From Octopus vulgaris (lineage: Eukaryota), in assembly GCA_951406725.2 (NCBI GenBank), contig OX597819.1, forward strand, positions 76,198,001-76,262,000: a stretch of 64,000 bases of DNA, in the 5' to 3' direction. A program made the position numbers and the translations under genes. Positions within the stretch are counted from its first letter, which is position 1, and each line of letters begins with the position of its first letter. The notes beneath the pieces were generated by a model that had not been told where the DNA came from, did no database searches, and saw only the letters and a program-made list of their open reading frames with translations. Positions 58,240-64,000 of the stretch are shown piece after piece.

Positions 58240-59110
58240 TCTGCCATTAGAATCAATGGCTTCTTCAATACGGGGTAGTAAGCGTTGACATTGACATACC
58301 CGAATCAGATAATCCGCATCAATTTTGGAGAGAGTGCTGATTATGGTAGATTTCAGAGATTGTACGTTGCTATGGCGTTGCTGATTAACCTCTCTCTTTC
58401 TCTCTTAACTACACCCATACGTAATAGTTCAGTGGAATGAGGTCTGGTGAGCTAGGAGGCCACGTATCTTGCTAAATGTAATCATGGATAATGGCTCGCA
58501 TCTGCCTGGTGCTATTAGATAGTACAGTCTTGTTGAAAGATCAATGGTTTTTCTTCCGCTGTATATTCTTTCTATCCAGGACCTCACAACTTTCTCCTGT
58601 ACTTCTGTGAAGATAGTGGCATTGAATCTTAAGCCCTGTGAAAGAAGGTGAGGTGTCATGACATCTCCGTAATCGCTGATCACTTCGAGAACCATGGGAA
58701 CTTATTATGAATCATAGTCTCTGCAGTTTACATTTTGGTCCAGATCGAATTTTTTTCTATTTGGAGAAAAGTCAAAGCATTCCAGACTCTTGGTGTTTTA
58801 ACATTTTAGCAAGCTATTTGCACGGATCGAACGATTCTCTTATGTCACCTCCGATATAAACTGACCCTTCCATACCACATACGACTTACAACTCTTCTGA
58901 TGGGACATTTTGGAACCTAGACGTTTTTTAAAATGGATGATTGACTTTCCAGGCTTTTATCGATTTGTTCTTTTTTCTCCTTTTTTTTTGTTTGTATGAA
59001 GTTATGTCTTCTAATGGTATTAGGACCCTGTGCTTGCGTTTTGCGATTAGCTACTGATATTGGACTCCCGTCAGAAGCTTCCAACTCCTCCCGATCTTTC
59101 ACAGCGAAGG
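58240..59110 (-). mobile_element. Older Tc1/mariner relic related to 51734-52866
   Basis: ORF 58429-58695 'MVLEVISDYGDVMTPHLLSQGLRFNA...VVRSWI' parallels the region at about 52295-52420. Confidence 0.7.
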
Positions 59111-59177
59111 ATTAAGAAACTTTCAGAAAGCGAGTTATCTCTATATCATTATGTTGTGCTTTTATAGAAATGAGTGA

Positions 59178-59510
59178 AGGCGCATGGTTTAGTGGTTAGA
59201 GCATTGGGCTCACAATTATGAATTAGTGAGTTGGATTGCCGGACCAGGTCGTGTGTTGTGTTCTTCAGTAATGTGGTTTATTTCACTTTGCTCCAGTTCA
59301 CTCAGCTGTAGAAATGAGTTGCAACATCCCTGGTGCCATATAGTATTGGCCTTTGCCTTTCCCTTGAATAACATCGAAGCGTGGAGAGGACAGGCTGGTA
59401 TGCATGGGCAACTGCTGGTTTTCCATAAACAACCGTGCCCGGACTTGTGCCCCGGAGGGTAACTTTCTAGGTGCAGTCCTATGGGCATTCACGACCAAAT
59501 GGGGGCTTTA
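59178..59510 (+). mobile_element. tRNA-derived SINE family C
   Basis: The head GGCGCATGGTTTAGTGGTTAGAGC...CCGGACCAGG..GTGTTGTGTTCTT is shared with the 19107-19295 insert. Confidence 0.7.
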
Positions 59511-59658
59511 CCTTTTTTACATTAGTTTTTATGATATTGATTTGTGTGACTTTTCATTTACTGAGTTGACCTGATAACATACCTTATTTCTCTGAAAATT
59601 GAGTTAAAAAGAAAAAATGTAAACGGGTTGATTATGCAGAAGCTGTCATTCATACTAA

Positions 59659-59822
59659 GGCGCAGGAGTGGCTCTGTGGTAAGTAGCTTGCTCACCAACC
59701 ACATGGTTTCGGGTTCAGTCCCACTGCGTGGCACCTTGGGCAAGTGTCTTCTACTTTAGCCTCGGGCCGACCAAGACCTTGTGAGTGGATTTGATAGACG
59801 GAAACTGAAAGAAGCCCGCCGC

Positions 59823-59916
<94 letters not shown>

Positions 59917-60113
59917 GTTTGTGTATCTGTGTTTGTCCCCACAACATTGCTTAACAGCCGATGCTGGTGTGTTTATGTCCCCGTAAATTAGCGGTTCGGC
60001 AAAAAAGGCCGATAGAATAAGTACTAGATTTACAAAGAATAAGTCGATTTGCTCGAATAAAGGCGGTGCTCTAGCATGGCCGCAGTCAAATGGCTGAAAC
60101 AAGTAAAAGAGTA
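59659..60113 (+). mobile_element. SINE family A with expanded internal (TA)n(TG)n
   Basis: It is homologous to 376-760 with a longer internal microsatellite. Confidence 0.9.
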
Positions 60114-60830
60114 AGTTCGAAAAATACTAACTCACCCTGTATACACCCAATTTTCATTGCACCTATGAGTGTATATGTGTGTTAGTATGTGCTTATCTTT
60201 GTATGTGTGTGCGCGCGTGTGTGCATCTGTATGAATCTATGTGTATCAAATTACCGCGTATTTAAGAAAAACAGCATACAAAATGCACCCGTTTTATCTC
60301 TGATTATGTATGTAATATTTATCTGGATGTCTGAATAATACAAAGAAATATCATCACCCAAGAAACAACGAAACATTTTCTAAAGAAGGATTATTAAATT
60401 GAAAATTGCTAATAAAGAACTAGTTCAGTATTGAAGTATTCTGGCAGGTGTTTAGATGTAGAATATATTTTCGTCATTTTATAATTGAATCTAAATACGC
60501 CGAGTTAGTACATATTTTCATTGAACAATACATATTGTTGATAACATGGATGAGATTCTATTGTTCTTTGAATGATCAGATATAAAATCTACTATATTAT
60601 TACATCCAGACAGTATTTCAATTCAACAGCAAAATATTGAGCTGCAATAGAGTATGTACGTGAGTGGGTTTGTGTGTGTGTGTGAGTGTGCGTATGTGTG
60701 CGTGTGTGCATGTGTGTGTGTGTGTTTGTATGCCTGTGTGTGTATGTATGCGGGTGTGTGTGCATTGTGTGTGTGCGTACATGCATGTATAGAATATACA
60801 CATGTAGAAAGACAAATGAGAGATAGAGGT

Positions 60831-60956
<126 letters not shown>

Positions 60957-61216
60957 GGATAGAGAGAGAGAGAAATGTGGTAGAAATCTTGTGAGAGAGT
61001 TACACACACCTGATAGATTTGTTAAAGACGTTTTGTGTTAGAAACACAAAGATATTCAGGTATTGACGTGCACACACACATACACACACACATACACACA
61101 CACATGCACAAACACACTAGCTTTGTTCAATTACACACATAGACATATATATATATATATACGAAATATTGTAATGAATAAGTATAGATACATTTTAATC
61201 ACCTGTGTACCTGCTA

Positions 61217-61247
<31 letters not shown>

Positions 61248-61320
61248 CATCTATCTATCATCTATCTATCTACACGCGCACACACGCACCCTATATACAT
61301 TCATACATACACACATACAC

Positions 61321-61364
<44 letters not shown>

Positions 61365-61377
61365 CTGTGTGTGTATG

Positions 61378-61436
<59 letters not shown>

Positions 61437-61449
61437 ATATATATATATA

Positions 61450-61590
61450 CTGTTGTGTATGGGGAGAGTCATTCTCTTTTAGTACCCTATAATTTAACAC
61501 ACTCACCGGTAAAATTTCCACTCATTTCCTTCTTTATTTTTCTAAAATTATCGTTGCATCCTGCAACCTTTTCAATAGTTGTTGACTCTG
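61450..61590 (-). repeat. Copy of the U3-A8 hammerhead-bearing repeat (GAAA mutated to GAUA)
   Basis: It is the reverse complement of about 62210-62346. The motif at 61542-61578 reads cua UUGAAAA g guugc-aggau-gcaac GAUA auuu uag. Confidence 0.75.
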
Positions 61591-62113
61591 TCCGTTATTC
61601 ACACTGCCTATATATATACATATATACATATATACATATCTAGATAGGACATGTGTACATGAAATATGATATAATCAAAAATTTAAGCTCTGTTATATGC
61701 AAATATGTAAACAACTGTTGGGAGTGTCTAACAGATCGATGAAAACGACAGAATACTATCTCTATTATTGATCAACATAAGTTCCATTAATAACCACTTT
61801 CTTCGGAGATGAGGGTGAAAGTTCCACCGCGTGTGATTGATCAGATATTTCCGAGAAATTGACGTGATGTGTAGGAGTTAGCAAACCGTGGTGAACCGAA
61901 ATTCTTATAGTTCAGAATGTTACAACGCGATAAAATTCCGTCTGTGTTGGTTGGCTTAAAACTAGTCATGAGGCGTACAAAACCAATCAGGCCATGGAAA
62001 ACGACTCTATATTTTTGCTTCCGACTATTTTGGATGCCCGCAAGGAAAGGCTTTTACAGTAACGTACTCAGTTTGCAAGATTCTTTATATGAGTTCGTGT
62101 GTTGAAGCTTATT

Positions 62114-62346
62114 CTGTTGTGTCTGGGGAGAGTAATTTTCTTTTTGTGCCTTATAATTTGACACACCCATCGGTAAAATTTCCTCTTATTTCTCATTTCT
62201 TTTGCGCTAAGAGTCAAGACTATTGAAAAGGTTCCAAGACGCAACGAAAATTTTAGGAAAATAAAAACAAGATATAGTAGAAATGTTACCGGTGAGTGTG
62301 TTAAATTATAAGGCAAAAAGAAAATGCCTCTCCCCAGACACAACAG
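62114..62346. repeat. Fold-back repeat (about 70-bp arms) enclosing a hammerhead motif; probable PLE terminal repeat
   Basis: CTGTTGTGTCTGGGGAGAG...CGGTAAAATTTC pairs with GAAATGTTACCGG...CTCTCCCCAGACACAACAG. Confidence 0.85.
62220..62256 (+). ncRNA. Minimal type I hammerhead motif, U3-A8 variant
   Basis: It reads cua UUGAAAA g guucc-aagac-gcaac GAA AAUU U uag, with a palindromic stem III. The one stem II mismatch is correctly paired in the 61542-61578 copy. Confidence 0.6.
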
Positions 62347-62360
62347 TATATGTATATATA

Positions 62361-62898
62361 TATAATTTCAACAATTGAGGGTAAAATTAATTAGTTATTA
62401 ATCAATTTCACCAAGTGTTCAGTATGCAAAGGGACCATTTAAGGCGAATTCAAATTATTACATTATATAAAAGGGCTTAGTAAAATAAATTACTTCGCCG
62501 CATACTGAACTCATTAGAAATAGCAGCTAAAAAACTTTTTTAAAGCTATTTCTAATACTTAAAGAAAATCTCTCTCATATATAGCGTTTGCTTAATTCAA
62601 CTCACAAAAGTTTGGGGTAAGGACATTAAAAAATCAAATGCTAAGGTTATTTGAGTACGTACGTTTCAAGATTAGTCAAAACAACATTTCTCTCTTCAGC
62701 TCAGAAATTCCTTGGTTTGGATTTGGAAACACTGAAAGCAAGAACATACCCTTTCGAAGATCCGCTCTTAACTAACAGTGCCAACAAACCCAAAATAAGC
62801 AAGTGAATCATTTCTGTTCTCCCCTTTCCACCAGCGTGGGTTAAAATCATCAAACGCTATGCTTATTTCGGTAAAATCCGAAGCATTAATTAGAGGGA
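62361..62898 (-). repeat. Inverted near-complete monomer of the 546-bp repeat
   Basis: It is the reverse complement of 63086-63624 apart from a 1-nt deletion (GGGG at 62614-62617 versus CCCCC at 63367-63371). Confidence 0.95.
62652..62703 (-). ncRNA. Type I hammerhead ribozyme, inverted copy
   Basis: It is the exact reverse complement of 63281-63332. Confidence 0.85.
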
Positions 62899-63280
62899 AA
62901 AAAGTTTTTTAGCTGCTATTTCTAATGAGTTCAGTATGCGGCGAAGTAATTTATTTTACTAAGCCCTTTTATATAATGTAATAATTTGAATTCGCCTTAA
63001 ATGGTCCCTTTGCATACTGAACACTTGGTGAAATTGATTAATAATTAATTAATTTTACCCTCAATTGTTGAAATTATAATGAATCTCCCTCTAATTAATG
63101 CTTCGGATTTTACCGAAATAAGCATAGCGTTTGATGATTTTAACCCACGCTGGTGGAAAGGGGAGAACAGAAATGATTCACTTGCTTATTTTGGGTTTGT
63201 TGGCACTGTTAGTTAAGAGCGGATCTTCGAAAGGGTATGTTCTTGCTTTCAGTGTTTCCAAATCCAAACCAAGGAATTTC

Positions 63281-63332
63281 TGAGCTGAAGAGAGAAATGT
63301 TGTTTTGACTAATCTTGAAACGTACGTACTCA
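63281..63332 (+). ncRNA. Type I hammerhead ribozyme; predicted cleavage after GUA at 63328
   Basis: It reads ugag CUGAAGA gaga-aauguuguuuugacuaa-ucuu GAA ACGUACGU A cuca. The core is canonical, stem III is palindromic, and stem I extends through AAGG/CCUU. Confidence 0.88.
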
Positions 63333-63826
63333 AATAACCTTAGCATTTGATTTTTTAATGTCCTTACCCCCAAACTTTTGTGAGTTGAATTAAGCAAACG
63401 CTATATATGAGAGAGATTTTCTTTAAGTATTAGAAATAGCTTTAAAAAAGTTTTTTAGCTGCTATTTCTAATGAGTTCAGTATGCGGCGAAGTAATTTAT
63501 TTTACTAAGCCCTTTTATATAATGTAATAATTTGAATTCGCCTTAAATGGTCCCTTTGCATACTGAACACTTGGTGAAATTGATTAATAACTAATTAATT
63601 TTACCCTCAATTGTTGAAATTATAATGAATCTCCCTCTAATTAATGCTTCGGATTTTACCGAAATAAGCATAGCGTTTGATGATTTTAACCCACGCTGGT
63701 GGAAAGGGGAGAACAGAAATGATTCACTTGCTTATTTTGGGTTTGTTGGCACTGTTAGTTAAGAGCGGATCTTCGAAAGGGTATGTTCTTGCTTTCAGTG
63801 TTTCCAAATCCAAACCAAGGAATTTC

Positions 63827-63878
63827 TGAGCTGAAGAGAGAAATGTTGTTTTGACTAATCTTGAAACGTACGTACTCA
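63827..63878 (+). ncRNA. Type I hammerhead ribozyme; predicted cleavage after 63874
   Basis: It is identical to 63281-63332, 546 nt downstream. Confidence 0.88.
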
Positions 63879-64000
63879 AATAACCTTAGCATTTGATTTT
63901 TTAATGTCCTTACCCCCAAACTTTTGTGAGTTGAATTAAGCAAACGCTATATATGAGAGAGATTTTCTTTAAGTATTAGAAATAGCTTTAAAAAAGTTTT

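Larger units (their letters stand above)
62898..64000 (+). mobile_element. 546-bp tandem array with one hammerhead per unit (retrozyme-like), truncated by the window end
   Basis: The period is 546 (for example 62904/63450/63996 and 63281/63827). I saw only one substitution between units (T63045 versus C63591). Confidence 0.85.

Noticed and set aside
63209-63943. Duplicated 62-aa minus-strand ORF in the 546-bp unit, and possible rolling-circle translation because 546 is divisible by 3
   Set aside because: The ORF starts at TTG, is antisense to the ribozyme, is frameshifted in the inverted copy and has no recognisable domain. The ORF track shows no long open frame across the tandem units, so an endless ORF is not supported.

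Overview
This is AT-rich, microsatellite-dense animal genomic DNA, not prokaryotic. The SINE families resemble those I recall from Octopus genomes, so a cephalopod origin is inferred. I found no confidently supported host gene, and most ORF-track entries are microsatellite artefacts. The window is mostly transposon relics: three tRNA-derived SINE families, two 5'-truncated CR1-like LINEs, R4/Dong-like restriction-endonuclease LINE relics, mariner/Tc1 and Tigger/pogo DNA transposons, and several Penelope-like element (PLE) fragments. The main signal is a set of type I hammerhead-ribozyme (HHR) motifs. At the right end is a near-identical 546-bp tandem array with one full HHR per unit, preceded by one inverted, circularly permuted monomer; it resembles a retrozyme or circular-RNA element and runs off the window. 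Other repeat families carry minimal HHRs, mostly in fold-back arrangements, and together they show three covariants of the core 3-8 pair (C3-G8, G3-C8, U3-A8). All structures were read by eye, and boundaries of degenerate elements are approximate.
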